DNA of 64,000 bases from Leptospira stimsonii (GCF_003545875.1 NZ_QHCS01000001.1:1267337-1331336); one strand, 5' to 3'; positions 11,323 through 25,162 are shown, counted from the stretch's first letter. The notes: a model not told the origin generated them from the letters alone. Program-made: numbers and translations.

Positions 11323-11397
11323 ATTCAGGACATACATTTACAAAAGTGATCTCGTCCTTGAATTCTCGGTTGCACTTTTGAAAGTTTAGAATATAAA
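11323..11397 (+). promoter_or_regulatory. Imperfect inverted repeat (cgagaattcagg N26 ccttgaattctcg) overlapping a sigma70-like promoter (TTGCAC-N16-TATAAA) upstream of the TetR gene
   Basis: Inverted repeat 11323-11369. -35 'ttgcac' at 11370-11375 and -10 'tataaa' at 11392-11397. This could be an RND terminator and/or the TetR operator. Confidence 0.35.
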
Positions 11398-11428
11398 AAA
11401 GAGTTTCAAATTGCGGAAGTCAGGAACA

Positions 11429-12043
11429 ATGAGTGAGATGGAGCAGGACGAAGTAAAACTCCGAATTATGGAGAAGGCTCTTGAGCTTTTTCTAAAATAC
11501 GGCTATTCTAAGACGCGGATGGAGGAAATTGCGAGGGTTCTCAAGATCTCCAGAAAAACTCTCTACAAACATTTCGAAAATAAAAATCATCTCTTATTCG
11601 AAATTCTCAGCGCCAAACACAAAAGAATGAGTAAGAAAATGATGGAGATCAGCGAAGACGAATCTCTTTCCGTTCATGAAAAGGTGAAGGCGATCAACGA
11701 ATTCAAGGTCAGCCAGTTCCCCGCAGGCGCAAACGAATTCATTTTGGAAATCAGAGACCAGGCTCCCGATCACTACGCTTACATTCGAGAAGTAAGAACG
11801 GAATCCATCTCCAAATCGATTCAGGCCCTTATCAGACAAGGAATCGAAAAGGGTGAGATTCGAAGCGACGTGAATACGACGATCTTCGCAGCTTTGATCA
11901 ATTCTGCGATAGAGATGACGGCAACTCCGGAACTACTTCTCAACTCACCGTACTCTATGGTTCAATTACAACAGGAAATCCATCATATCCTTTTTTATGG
12001 AATCATGAATCCCGTCGCCGAACCGGTCAAGATCGCAAAGTAA
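11429..12043 (+). CDS. TetR/AcrR-family transcriptional regulator
   Basis: HTH '[26 protein letters not shown]'. Size ~205 aa. Start chosen at the first ATG (MSEMEQ). Confidence 0.85.
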   Translation: MSEMEQDEVKLRIMEKALELFLKYGYSKTRMEEIARVLKISRKTLYKHFENKNHLLFEILSAKHKRMSKKMMEISEDESLSVHEKVKAINEFKVSQFPAGANEFILEIRDQAPDHYAYIREVRTESISKSIQALIRQGIEKGEIRSDVNTTIFAALINSAIEMTATPELLLNSPYSMVQLQQEIHHILFYGIMNPVAEPVKIAK

Positions 12044-12048
12044 GAATA

Positions 12049-13356
<1,308 letters not shown>

Positions 13357-13625
13357 TGTTTTCTCCTTTTACCGGCCGGATCCAGGAGTGGGTTTTCGAA
13401 AGAGAATTATCCGAAAACAAAAAAGCCCACTCCAGGAGGAGCAGGCTCGTGTTTTTTTACGACTCTACCGGCTCCCCCTAACTAAGGAGGAGAAGAAGCT
13501 CAAGGCTATTGAGACCCGGTAGAAGATTACGAAACATATATAAACTCAGACTCTGAAAGGATTCTAAAAAATACAAGAATTTTTTAAAACGAAATGCTCT
13601 TTTCGATTTCGGATCGGAATCAAGA

Positions 13626-14282
13626 TCAACCGTTATGCGTCGATTCGCCGAAAGAATCGGGTTTTTTGAGAAGAGTCCAGATTCCTTCCGACTCGATATT
13701 TTTTTCTTCGATCAGATTTTTGAGTTCGGAAATATCTTTTTTCATCGGTTCAGGGGCCGGAAGTTTTTCCAGTTCATGAAAAAACGTTCTGGCCTGCGGG
13801 AGTTGATCCGACTTCAGATAACAAAATGAAATCGCGTATAAGGAGACGATGTCCTTTCTTTCCGATTCCGGAGTGGAAAGATATAATTCGAGAGCTTTTG
13901 CGTAGTTTCCGGTTCCCGTATAAAGAGAAGCCAGATTCTTCTTTGCGTTTACGTTGTTCTCGTCGATCTCAAGAACTTTTGTGAATTGAATTTCCGCCTT
14001 CGGTTTATCTTTTTTCTTCGCATACAAAACGCCGAGTCCGACTCTCGCGGACACGAATGATTCATTGAGTGAGATCGCTTTGATAAAACGTTCTTCGGCG
14101 GGTTCCAGTTCGTTCAGATGAGAAAGGCACATCGCGAGATGATAATTTCCGATCGGATCTTCGGGATTTTGATGAAGATATTGAACGAGAGCCTCTTTGG
14201 CTCTGGGAAGATTTCCCTGTTTTACGAATTCTAAGGCTTGTTGCAGTTTCATAATTGGAAAAAATCTCGTAGCTCGATCCAT
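13626..14282 (-). CDS. TPR-repeat protein
   Basis: Repeated 34-residue A/L/Y-rich repeats (e.g. '[28 protein letters not shown]'). Confidence 0.7.
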   Translation of the reverse strand: MDRATRFFPIMKLQQALEFVKQGNLPRAKEALVQYLHQNPEDPIGNYHLAMCLSHLNELEPAEERFIKAISLNESFVSARVGLGVLYAKKKDKPKAEIQFTKVLEIDENNVNAKKNLASLYTGTGNYAKALELYLSTPESERKDIVSLYAISFCYLKSDQLPQARTFFHELEKLPAPEPMKKDISELKNLIEEKNIESEGIWTLLKKPDSFGESTHNG

Positions 14283-14402
14283 TCTTACTCGAAGAATTTT
14301 ACGGTAAATCCTTTTGAGGATCGGGGAAACGAAACTTTTCGAGTACGAATGGATCGGGGAGAATCGGACAAACGTAAAATTTGAACATGTTCAAAAATAA
14401 AT

Positions 14403-14437
14403 CTTGACAGACATATTTTTTGAAATTAGTTTCGGTT
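14403..14437 (+). promoter_or_regulatory. Candidate sigma70-like promoter (TTGACA ... TAGTTT)
   Basis: 'ttgaca' at 14403 followed ~17 nt later by a TAnnnT hexamer, ~25 nt upstream of the 14462 start. Confidence 0.3.
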
Positions 14438-14461
14438 TAAATTTTTTCCGCTGGAGAATGT

Positions 14462-15439
14462 ATGGAAACTTCGAAGAACAAGCTTCTCGCTCGTCGCACC
14501 CTAGGTTTTTGGACCTTGGGAATTGTCCTTGTTCTCCTCTTGGCATTTTTGATCGCGGCTCCTTTTTTTGCTCTGAGTGGGGCATACGGAGTTGCTCTGT
14601 TCATCGCAATTCCTTTTTCAATCGGAATTCTCATTGCGTTTGCTCGAGCCTTTTGGGGCAAAGCGACGTTCGGCGACATTCTTTCGGTCGCGGTGTTTCC
14701 CATCGTCATTCTTCTTTTGGGTTTATTGTTTATCGGGAAAGAAGGTTTTATTTGTATTTTGATGGCGCTTCCGATTGCGATTCTTCCTTTTTTAATCGGT
14801 GTTTGGATCGGATATAAGATTCAGAATCGGGTCTGGTCCAAATACCTCGTCGTGGTGATCGTTTTGTTTTGTAATATCTCGGCTCACGTTTTTGATCGAA
14901 TCGATTTATCTCCCGAAACAAACGAGATAACGACGTCGATTGTAGTCGATTCCTCTTCGCGCGAAGTTTGGAAACGAATCACTTCGCCTTTTACTTTCGG
15001 AGAGGCTAAGAATTTTTTCTTTCGCAACGGAGTTTCATATCCCGTTTCGATGCAAGTCGTTACGAAGAACGGTGTTCATTTTTTGAACTGTGTTTATACG
15101 AACGGTACCACGTCGGCCACCATACAAGAGTTAGTTGAAAATAAGGAGATGAAATTCCGATTCCCGACGCCGCAGGTTACGATGAAGGAAACGTCTTTTT
15201 ACGGAGCCGTCGAACCGAAACATATTCGAGGTAAGATTTGGGCTTCCTTCGGCGCGTTTCGTTTGGTCCCGAGCGGGGAGGGAAACGTTGAAATTATCGC
15301 GACGACGAAATACGTCAACGGTTTAGGTCCGAAATTCTATTGGAAGTTATGGTCGGAATATCTGATAGACGAGATGCATCTGCACGTTTTAGAAAAGATA
15401 AAATTCGATCTGGAAAAGATCGAAAATAAAAGCGAGTAA
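14462..15439 (+). CDS. Membrane protein (N-terminal 4-5 TM segments plus C-terminal soluble domain), function unknown
   Basis: 325-aa ORF with a hydrophobic N-terminal half. Confidence 0.45.
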   Translation: METSKNKLLARRTLGFWTLGIVLVLLLAFLIAAPFFALSGAYGVALFIAIPFSIGILIAFARAFWGKATFGDILSVAVFPIVILLLGLLFIGKEGFICILMALPIAILPFLIGVWIGYKIQNRVWSKYLVVVIVLFCNISAHVFDRIDLSPETNEITTSIVVDSSSREVWKRITSPFTFGEAKNFFFRNGVSYPVSMQVVTKNGVHFLNCVYTNGTTSATIQELVENKEMKFRFPTPQVTMKETSFYGAVEPKHIRGKIWASFGAFRLVPSGEGNVEIIATTKYVNGLGPKFYWKLWSEYLIDEMHLHVLEKIKFDLEKIENKSE

Positions 15440-15450
15440 GGTGGAGCTGT

Positions 15451-16143
15451 ATGAGATTTTGTAACCGACTTCGTTTTCAGAAAAGATTTTTTGATCGTTT
15501 TTCTTCGAGTTATTATTTTCTCAATTTTCTTTCTTTCGGCTTGGCGAACCAAACAAGAAAAAGATCACTCAAGACTTTGAAGATTGCAGAGGGAGAAAAA
15601 GTTTGTGATCTGATGTGCGGAGACGGAAGTAATATCGGAATTATAAAAAAGAAATTTGGAAAGAATCCGATTCTTGGAGTTGATATTTCCAAACGTATGA
15701 TTCAACGCGCTCGAAAACGTTTTGGAGAAAACAACGTGACGTATTTTGCGGAGAACGCGCTTTCTTCTTCGATCTCTACGGGGTCTTGCGACGCAGTGAG
15801 CTGTACATTCGGATTAAAGACTTTATCGGCGGAGGAAAGAAGGATACTCTTTTCGGAAGTGTATCGAATCTTAAAACCTTCGGGGACGTTCGTATTTGCC
15901 GAATTATCGAGACCGAAATACGGATTTTTCTTTTTGCTCTGGAATTTTTATTTCCGACAGTTTCTTCCCTTATTGGGGAGAATCTTTTATCTACCCTTTG
16001 TTGGAAAAAAATATCTTTCCGATTCGATCGATTCTTTCGAGAGCGTCGTTAAGGATGAAAAGAATTTTCGTTCCGTCTTTTCCCAAGTGGACCTCTTCAG
16101 TTGGTATGGAGGGATCGTAACCGGGTTTTATGGAAGAAAATAG
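15451..16143 (+). CDS. Class I SAM-dependent methyltransferase (UbiE/Methyltransf_11-like)
   Basis: Motif I '[15 protein letters not shown]' (GxGxG-like), motif II '[14 protein letters not shown]', motif post-II 'GSCDAVSC', 'LKPSGTFVF'. Confidence 0.55.
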   Translation: MRFCNRLRFQKRFFDRFSSSYYFLNFLSFGLANQTRKRSLKTLKIAEGEKVCDLMCGDGSNIGIIKKKFGKNPILGVDISKRMIQRARKRFGENNVTYFAENALSSSISTGSCDAVSCTFGLKTLSAEERRILFSEVYRILKPSGTFVFAELSRPKYGFFFLLWNFYFRQFLPLLGRIFYLPFVGKKYLSDSIDSFESVVKDEKNFRSVFSQVDLFSWYGGIVTGFYGRK

Positions 16144-16279
16144 AGGAGATTTCTCTTTTATGAAATTCTTCTTTTGAAAGTTTTTTACGAAGATTCCTCA
16201 TTTTTCCTTTTAAGAGAAGGGGCTTTTTCATACAATAACCGTAAGAATTCATTCTAACTTAGGAGAAGGAGGAGAGAGT

Positions 16280-16468
16280 ATGTCTTATATGGCGGTTGGT
16301 TCCAGACAGATTTTATTTTCCGATTCGATTGCTCCGGTTTCCACCGGTTCTTCTTCCAGAGAGATCGTGGCGACACAGGACAATCAGAGCAAAAGCCCCG
16401 ATTCCGAAGTGGTTCCTCCGGGTTCTCCTCCTCCATCGGTTGGAAAGAATGTCGACGTTTATGCTTAA
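16280..16468 (+). CDS. Small hypothetical protein (62 aa)
   Basis: Preceded by a strong SD 'ggagaaggaggagagagt' 6 nt before the ATG. Immediately followed by the next gene. Confidence 0.35.
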   Translation: MSYMAVGSRQILFSDSIAPVSTGSSSREIVATQDNQSKSPDSEVVPPGSPPPSVGKNVDVYA

Positions 16469-16480
16469 AGCGGAAGTGAT

Positions 16481-16867
16481 ATGACCCATCTTTTATTCTC
16501 TCTCATTCTGATGTCCCTCGTTGTGGAGTTTGTGTTTCCACTCATCAATCCTGAATTTCACGTAGTAGGGGGTTGGATCAATTCGATCATCGTAGTGGTC
16601 GCCTTTGTTCTGATCAACGCGTTTATGAGATTGATCTTAATCATCATGACCCTTGGAATCGGGATCGTCTTTTATTATCTAAGTCTTGGATTGATCGGAT
16701 TGATCATCAATGCCTGGGTGATTTTAATCATCGGCGATTGGTTTCCGGGAACACTTTCGGTTCCCGGTTTTTGGTCCGCGTTCTTAGGAGGAATTCTTCT
16801 TGTTCTTGCGAACTACGTCGGAAAGACCGAATCCAAAGAAAGAAAAAAGGAAAAACAAAAAGGTTAG
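16481..16867 (+). CDS. Small 4-TM membrane protein (phage-holin-4/DUF360-like)
   Basis: 128 aa with four hydrophobic helices, '[14 protein letters not shown]', and a basic C-terminal tail. Confidence 0.4.
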   Translation: MTHLLFSLILMSLVVEFVFPLINPEFHVVGGWINSIIVVVAFVLINAFMRLILIIMTLGIGIVFYYLSLGLIGLIINAWVILIIGDWFPGTLSVPGFWSAFLGGILLVLANYVGKTESKERKKEKQKG

Positions 16868-17500
16868 AATCGAACCGCTCTGAAATAATCCTTTAAGATA
16901 GAATCCAGTTGTTCGTAAGAATGGTATCCTCTCGCGAGGATGCCGCTTTCCGCTCCGTCCGAAAACACTAAACTCGGAAACGCGCTCACCCCTAAAGAAA
17001 AGCCGTAATAGAAATCATTTTGTGTCTCCATCTCCGTATCCTTGTCTTCAAAGACCGACTGAAATTCTTTCTTAGGGATTCCAACGGTTTCCGCGATCTT
17101 GAAAAACGTTTCCGCCGAAGTTGGATCTTGATTCTCGTAAAAAAAAGTTTTGGAAAGTGTATGCAAATATTGGAATGCGATTTCAGAATTGATTTTTTGC
17201 GCGCTGATCACGGCGCGGCAGGCAGGAAACGAATCGTAGCGGAAGTCCTTTTGTTCCAGAATCCCAAGTTGAAACGATTGTTTTGTGAGCGCCTCTGCGT
17301 CTTTCCATTCGTGTTTTAGAATTCTCGCAAGTTCGGGAGTGAGCAGTTCCGCGCTTTCGCCGAACCGAAGTCCTCCCAAGACGAGAGAGAAACGAATTTT
17401 ATCTTTGTATTCTTCTTGGATTCTTTCGAAGACCGGTGCAAAGCCGTAGGACCAAGGACAAAGGGGGTCCACCGCATAGAGAATGGAATGTTGGAGAGAA
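16864..17500 (-). CDS. DsbA/FrnE-like thioredoxin-fold protein with CPWS (CxxS) motif
   Basis: '[13 protein letters not shown]' aligns to the FrnE-type 'CPWC' active site, but the second Cys is Ser. The ORF track extends to 17775 through three copies of the dispersed motif. The true start is likely a non-ATG codon near 17500. Confidence 0.5.
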
Positions 17501-17502
17501 TC

Positions 17503-17645
17503 GTTCTGTTGCAAGGGAGTTCCCTCAATGCTTTGATTTCCAAAAGATGATTTGGATTCCGCTGAAGACCATCCTTTTTTGGGAGTTCCCGCGTTCCTTG
17601 GAAGTTCGAAGGATTCCTTTTTCAAGGAGTTCCCGCAAAATCGAC
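17503..17645 (+). repeat. Three direct copies of the dispersed GGGAGTTCCC(GC) motif (17503, 17584, 17627)
   Basis: gggagttccctc, gggagttcccgcg and ggagttcccgcaaaatcg, spaced 79 and 43 bp apart, upstream of the DsbA-like gene. Confidence 0.5.
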
Positions 17646-17890
17646 TCATCTGAAAGATCCAGGACCAAGGATTCTTTCCTCTGGGAGGAGTTCCTTTTAC
17701 TCGTACACTTCCGAAGAATCGAAATTCAAAACGTTTTGGAAGAATCAATTCTCCCGACAAAGTATCGGATTGCAAAAAAAAACTTGAAACAACATCGAAT
17801 GTCCCGGAACCAACCGCATCAAAATGTGGAGCGGGCCTTTTCCTATTTTTGAATCCACAAAAAATGAACTCCTCGAATTCTTCTCCTCCA

Positions 17891-17920
17891 TTGGCGCATT
17901 AAAAAAGGCGGGATAACCCG
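17891..17920. terminator. Rho-independent terminator, bidirectional (aaaaaaGGCGGGataaCCCGCCtttttt)
   Basis: 6-bp GC stem, 4-nt loop, flanking A- and T-tracts. Sits just downstream of the minus-strand gene ending at 17953. Confidence 0.7.
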
Positions 17921-17945
17921 CCTTTTTTAAAGTCATTCTTGTTTC

Positions 17946-18237
<292 letters not shown>

Positions 18238-18238
18238 G

Positions 18239-18273
<35 letters not shown>

Positions 18274-18818
18274 GAGGTTTTCAAGATTTACAGAAAGATT
18301 CACAAAATTTATTTTATTCGATATATTATATAATGCTTGTTTAATTTAAAATATAGCGACTTCGGATTAAAAAATGATCTCACAATGGCGTATGACGTTT
18401 GGAGTTCTGATCCGATTCGAAATGGAAATAAAAAGTTTCTATAGATTTTGTATTTTTCTTTTTATGATACGTTTGTTTTTCGGTGAACAAGGTTCGTTTT
18501 GAAAATAATCTACGATCGGATCATCAGAATATTATAAAAAATGAATTCTATCTCGTGGATAATATTTGGGAACACGGAAGTTAGGAATAAAAATTCTCCA
18601 TTTTCTGAAACAAGAAAGCTCTGAGATAAAGTTACGAAATCAAAAAACTACGTTTCGATTTAATCGCGAAAATCTTTATTCAAAGTATAATGAACGTTCT
18701 TCGAATTGTTTTTTCTTTCTAAAAAGAATTCAGAGGAAAAGAGAATCCAGATTTTCCTTTTTTACATTACTATGAAGAATCTTTTGGAAAAGAAAAACGA
18801 AACGTGGAGTTCGTGATT

Positions 18819-20624
18819 CTATTTTCGATCGATCACAAGAAGTGTAACGTCGTCTTCGAATTTGGGACGGTTACAATATTCGATTGCATCCTCGACGATC
18901 TGAGCGGAAGACTCTTTTACGTTCTTTGAAATCGATTTTCGGATGGAAAGAGAAACCAATTCTTCGCTATATCTTTTGGATCGATCCTCGGAAGAATGTT
19001 CCGAAAGACCATCCGTATACAGAACGAGTCTATCTCCCGCACAAAACATCGTCGAATTCTCCTCGAAAAATAGATCCGGGATCACTCCGATAAGTTTTCC
19101 TTTTGTCTCCAACGGGATCATTGTGTCCGTCGCGTTTTGTAAAAGTAGCGGATGGTTGTGGCCGGCGTTGGAAAAAAGAATCGTATTCTTCTCCGTATCG
19201 ATCACACAATAGAATGCAGTTACGAAGTTTCCGGCCATCTTATTGTTCAAAGCGTGATTCAGTCCCGTAAAAAAACGGGAAGGACTAGAGAGTGTTTCCT
19301 TATCGTAAGTCGAGATGATCGTGTTCATAACTGCGGCGATCACGGATGCTGAAAGCCCGTGACCGGAAACGTCCGCGATGAGAAAACCCGTTCTTTCCGT
19401 ATCCAACTTGAAGACGCTATAAAAATCCCCGCCGACGTTCGAGTAAGGAATATGTTGCGAGCCAACGTCTAGACCCTTGATATAAGGGATCGCGGTCGGA
19501 ATCACCTTTGACATCACTTCTCTTGCTCTTTGCAATTCCCGATCGGAATCCACAACCCTGTGAAAGAGGTCCGCGTTCTTGATCGTGACCGAAAGTCGAT
19601 TTGCGATCGCTCCCAACATATCGAGATCGTTGTTGTGAAATGCGAAACCGGAATTCTTACTATTGACGCTGATGACTCCGAGGAGCTCGTCCCTATAGAT
19701 CAGAGGAGAAGAGATCAAAGAGTTTGCTTCGAACTTATACTTTGCATCTTGATTATAACGTTTGTCTTCTTCCAGATTTTGGATCAGAAGATTTTTCCTT
19801 TCTTGAGCGACCCAGCCCGCGATTCCTTCACCGAAAGGAACCACGATCGAATGGACAGCTTCTTTCGGAATTCCTTTTGCGGCTAGGATTCTTAAGGTTT
19901 TACTTTTGTGATCCGCGAGATAGATCGTCCCAGTTCTTGCTTCCAAAAATTCCAAGATTTTATCCAAGACCCAGTTGCCGAGTTCGTGAATGCTCTTTTC
20001 GGAAACGATGAGCTTTTCGAATTCATAAAGAAGGGAAAGTTCTAAGATTCTTTTTTTGAGATTATCGTGGATCTTCGCGTTTTGGATCGCGATCGCGGCG
20101 ACTTCGGACAAGGAGGAAAGATAATTCAGATCGGAAGAATCAAAAGCCCTCTCCTTTGTCTTGTTGAGAATTTCCAGAGTTCCGATGATCTTGTCTTCCA
20201 CAAAGAGGGGAACGCAAACAAGGGAACGGGTTCGATAACCGGTCTTCTTATCCCAATCTTGATTGAATCTCGGATCGGAATACGCGTCTTCCAGGATGAT
20301 CGCTTTTTTCTCTTTTGCGACCCAGCCGGCGATTCCTTGTCCCATATCGAGGCGACCGTATTTTTGAATGATTTCCCCTTTCTCACCAAGAGCGACTTCG
20401 CAATATAAGAATTCTCCGGTTTCGTCGAGAAGAAAGAGGGAACTCGCTTCGGCTTCCAAGAGATCCTTGGAATAGAGCATGATCAAAGGTAAGAGCTGAT
20501 AAAGATCCAAATTCGCATTTAAGATCGTACTCGTATTGAGAATACTCTTCAACTTTTGAAATTCTAAATCAGCGTGAGTCATAGAGATTTCTGTCAATGC
20601 TACAGGAAATAGAAGGTTCGTCAA
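18819..20624 (-). CDS. GAF-GAF-PP2C (SpoIIE/RsbU-like) serine phosphatase
   Basis: Two GAF-like regions (e.g. 'LGEKGEIIQKYGRLDMGQGIAGWVAKEKKAI...') and a C-terminal SpoIIE domain ('GGDFYSVF', 'ADVSGHGLSASV', 'LYTDGLSE'). Confidence 0.85.
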   Translation of the reverse strand: MTNLLFPVALTEISMTHADLEFQKLKSILNTSTILNANLDLYQLLPLIMLYSKDLLEAEASSLFLLDETGEFLYCEVALGEKGEIIQKYGRLDMGQGIAGWVAKEKKAIILEDAYSDPRFNQDWDKKTGYRTRSLVCVPLFVEDKIIGTLEILNKTKERAFDSSDLNYLSSLSEVAAIAIQNAKIHDNLKKRILELSLLYEFEKLIVSEKSIHELGNWVLDKILEFLEARTGTIYLADHKSKTLRILAAKGIPKEAVHSIVVPFGEGIAGWVAQERKNLLIQNLEEDKRYNQDAKYKFEANSLISSPLIYRDELLGVISVNSKNSGFAFHNNDLDMLGAIANRLSVTIKNADLFHRVVDSDRELQRAREVMSKVIPTAIPYIKGLDVGSQHIPYSNVGGDFYSVFKLDTERTGFLIADVSGHGLSASVIAAVMNTIISTYDKETLSSPSRFFTGLNHALNNKMAGNFVTAFYCVIDTEKNTILFSNAGHNHPLLLQNATDTMIPLETKGKLIGVIPDLFFEENSTMFCAGDRLVLYTDGLSEHSSEDRSKRYSEELVSLSIRKSISKNVKESSAQIVEDAIEYCNRPKFEDDVTLLVIDRK

Positions 20625-20813
20625 GGGTTTGGAAATATCCGGAAGACTGAAAAACTATAATTCGCTTAACGATAAACGACTTCGGTGGTTGACGTTTTAT
20701 TTCGGTTTAAAAAAAGGGATTTCGTTTCAGAAACAACAAAGCGCCAAAATTCCGAGAAAAGTATTTTTTGAAAGGAAGAAACTTCAACGAATTGAAACGG
20801 TCTCATTAGAGTA

Positions 20814-22022
<1,209 letters not shown>

Positions 22023-22179
22023 GAAAATTTCTGAATTCAATCGAAGACGCTCCCCGTTCGAGAGGAAAAAAGTAGGAACTCCTTCGAAGAGAAGTCAGAA
22101 TTGAAAGTTCGCTTTGGTTTCAAGGCTTTTTTTGCGTGTAACGTTTGTCGGGACAAATGATTCTCTCTGCTAAAGCGGG

Positions 22180-22202
22180 GAGTTCCCGCAAAAAAAGGAT
22201 TC
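22180..22202 (+). repeat. Dispersed motif copy (ggggagttcccgcaaaaaaagg)
   Basis: Motif family member located upstream of the MORN gene. Confidence 0.45.
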
Positions 22203-22320
22203 TTCTTCGAAAGAATTGCAGTGTAGGAATTCCCAAAAAAAGGAAAGACGGAGAAGGATTCTCTCTTCTGCACCTTTTCCGGGCCGTTTTGAAATCCGAT
22301 ATTCTAAGAAAGGACTTAGG

Positions 22321-22956
22321 ATGGAGGGCAAAACGATGGTCCTTTCCGGAACCAATCGAATCGCGATTACGATAGGAATTATATTCTTCATTTTTTTTGC
22401 CGTAAACGACTGCGGAAAAAAAAACAAGGTAACACCTAAGAAGGAAAATTCCAAAACGAGCATATCCAAAAAAAACGATCTAGAGTTGGAACCGGAATTG
22501 AAGGAAAGAAAGTTCTTCCAAGAAGACGCGCTTGGCCAACCGAAAAAATATTCGGAACCGGAGGAACGATCGGAAGAAACCGAACGATACGAACCTCAAA
22601 AAAAAGAAAACAAATCGCCTTCGTCTTTTCTCGGATCTTCACAGGGATGTAAAAGCGGAGATTGTAAAAATGGAAACGGAATCTATGTCTATGGAACCGG
22701 CGAGGTTTATTCAGGATCGTTTAAAAATGATAAGCGACATGGGAATGGAAACATTCTCTATAAGGACGGAGATCGATTTTCCGGAAATTTTCAGAACGAT
22801 AAAAAATCGGGAATCGGAACCTATCGATTCGCAAGCGGGGCGATATTCAGCGGACGATTCTACGAGGACGGAGAAAGCGCCGAAGGATTCTTAACCGTAG
22901 GAAAGAAGAAAAAAGAATGCTCCATCATTCGAAATCAGATGAATTGCAAAAAATAA
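22321..22956 (+). CDS. MORN-repeat protein (probable lipoprotein)
   Basis: Repeated 'YxGxFxNDKxxGxG' MORN units ('YSGSFKNDKRHGNGN', 'FSGNFQNDKKSGIGT'). Hydrophobic N-terminus with Cys. The ORF track starts earlier at 22216. Confidence 0.65.
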   Translation: MEGKTMVLSGTNRIAITIGIIFFIFFAVNDCGKKNKVTPKKENSKTSISKKNDLELEPELKERKFFQEDALGQPKKYSEPEERSEETERYEPQKKENKSPSSFLGSSQGCKSGDCKNGNGIYVYGTGEVYSGSFKNDKRHGNGNILYKDGDRFSGNFQNDKKSGIGTYRFASGAIFSGRFYEDGESAEGFLTVGKKKKECSIIRNQMNCKK

Positions 22957-23878
22957 TTCGGGCGTTTCCTCGCGCGACAACTTCGTAAAGAACGCGTTCG
23001 GACCGGGCTCTCCACTCCAGTCAAAAAATTAAAAAGACAAAATCCTAAGAGAAGCGACGAAACGAAGAGCAATTTTTTGACTCCGTGTCGATCCCATAAC
23101 GCGAGACTAACCACAGGATCGTCCGAATGCGCCGAAAAAAGGATCGCTTTGTATTTCGCATAACGTTCCTTTTAAAAAAAGAAAAGAATCGTTTTTACTC
23201 GAAAGAACTAAAAAATCAATCTTTCACTTTTTTAATTCTTTAAAGTCCATTGTATTGTATTATGCGTCCTAAAAAATAAAATCGATCGGATTCAAAAGCG
23301 TATCATTTCTAAAGAATCGAAAAATGAGTTTTTTCTCGGAATCAAAAAAAGGAATCTCTTTTCCGGGAAAGGCAATTCCTATTAATGGCGCGCCATCCCG
23401 AACGTAAAAGAATTTCCGAACTCTCCGAAGGAAAAAATCAATGCTCCTTTTTCCTAAGTTCCGTCCCCTGATCAAACCCGATTCCTCAATTGTCCGTTTC
23501 CACTTCGTCGATAATGACGGAGGTCGTCTGCGGATTTTTTCCGAGCACATCCTTTAGAAGTTGCGTGGCCCCGACGGATCAGTCCGCTTTCTGTTCTTGA
23601 GTGGTTCCTTCCTTCGTGATCCGAATTTTGACGTAGGGCATAAGACGTTCTCCAAGTTTGATTCTAAAAAAGGGATTTGAATCGGAGACTCTGATGGAAG
23701 CAAAGAAGCTTTCTGAGGAGCTCATGTTTCAATTCATTAATAAATCTTTTTATAGTTTGAAAGGATCTTATTTCAGATATTTTAGATGCGATATTTTTTT
23801 TCTATTCTCAATACTTTGAATGATTTTTGATGTCGACAAGATCGAAATTCCCTCAGGGAAGCGCGAGTCCCTTCTCAT

Positions 23879-25162
23879 TTGATCGGAAGAAAAGGAAAAA
23901 AGAAGGCAATGATAAAAGAAATATTCGGATTCTTAAAAGCTCGCAGAGTTCTTATACTAAAGATTCTTACCTGGGTTATTTTACTAACTACAACTTACAA
24001 TTATATTAGAACGATCGGAAAATTCTCGATCAACTTTCCGTTAGGGGACGATTACGACGCGATCTTAAATTTCTTAAATCATTGGGATGAGAGTGATTCT
24101 AAGTTTTCCCTTTTGTTCAGTCAGCATAACGAACGCCGTCTCGTATTTTTAAGAATCGTTGCTTTGGCTTATTTTAAAATTTTCCACTCGGTGAACTTTG
24201 CACATCTGATCTGGATCGGGAATCTCTTTTTGTTTTTCACGATCGGGGTTCTTTATGTTTCCACAAAAGATAAGAGAAAATTCTTTTTCTTTGCTCCGAT
24301 TTTTCTTTGGATCCTGACCTACAGCAATTGGGAGTCCGAGACATGGGCGATGGCTTCTCTCTCTAATTTTCCGGTTTTATTTTTCGCGTTTCTTTCCTTT
24401 TTCTTTTTGAGCAAAAGGACGCTAACGAGTTTCGTTTTTTCCATTTTCTTTGCGTTTCTTTCGGTTTTTTCCCAAGGGAACGGACTAGTGGTTTTTGCGG
24501 TTGGGATTGTTTTTCTATTAAAGGATAAGATTCGTTTAGCAATCTGGATCGCCTGCGGTCTTTTGGCGATCTATATCTATTTCATACTATTCTCCTATCT
24601 CAAACCGGCTCATTCTAAATTTGAATTTTTTGCGTTTGAAAGGATGTTTTTTTTGACGAGATTATTCTACGGGATGACCTTGCTTTCATCCGTTTTCCAG
24701 TCGAAGTTTTCTCTGGTTCTCGGAGCGGTCCCTCTCGTTTTCATTTTTTATCTCTATAAGAATTATAAAAGAATTTCGACTCTTCTGCTTGCGATGCTTT
24801 CATTTTTACTAATTTCGTACACCTCTGTCGTTTTTACAAGAGGAGGTTTCGGGTTTGAACAGGCTTTTGTTTCGAGATATCAGGTTTATACGATTTCAAT
24901 TTATGCTTTGATCTTTCTTTCCTTACTTCCCAAAATTCGAATTCGAAAACATTTGTTTTTGATTCTTCTTTTCTCCGGGTTGTTTTACTATAATTCCAAT
25001 TTACTCAACGTTCATTCTCTCCAAGTCAGAAAGGATTCTATTCTTACGGATCAAAAGTGCGGAGAGGAATGTTCCACGTATTTAACCTACCCAGAACCGG
25101 AAAGGGCGAAAAATATTCTAACTCAATCCAAAACAAAAGGAGTGTTCCATAATGAAAAATGA
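23879..25162 (+). CDS. Polytopic membrane protein, possible GT-C-fold glycosyltransferase
   Basis: 427 aa with >10 predicted TM helices and an acidic 'GDDYD' in the first loop, as in GT39/GT83 enzymes. Assignment is tentative. Confidence 0.35.
   Translation: MIGRKGKKKAMIKEIFGFLKARRVLILKILTWVILLTTTYNYIRTIGKFSINFPLGDDYDAILNFLNHWDESDSKFSLLFSQHNERRLVFLRIVALAYFKIFHSVNFAHLIWIGNLFLFFTIGVLYVSTKDKRKFFFFAPIFLWILTYSNWESETWAMASLSNFPVLFFAFLSFFFLSKRTLTSFVFSIFFAFLSVFSQGNGLVVFAVGIVFLLKDKIRLAIWIACGLLAIYIYFILFSYLKPAHSKFEFFAFERMFFLTRLFYGMTLLSSVFQSKFSLVLGAVPLVFIFYLYKNYKRISTLLLAMLSFLLISYTSVVFTRGGFGFEQAFVSRYQVYTISIYALIFLSLLPKIRIRKHLFLILLFSGLFYYNSNLLNVHSLQVRKDSILTDQKCGEECSTYLTYPEPERAKNILTQSKTKGVFHNEK

Noticed and set aside
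17020-17852. Plus-strand ORFs 17020..17319 and 17436..17852
   Set aside because: They are antisense to the DsbA-like gene and its repeat-laden upstream region, and are created by the motif copies.
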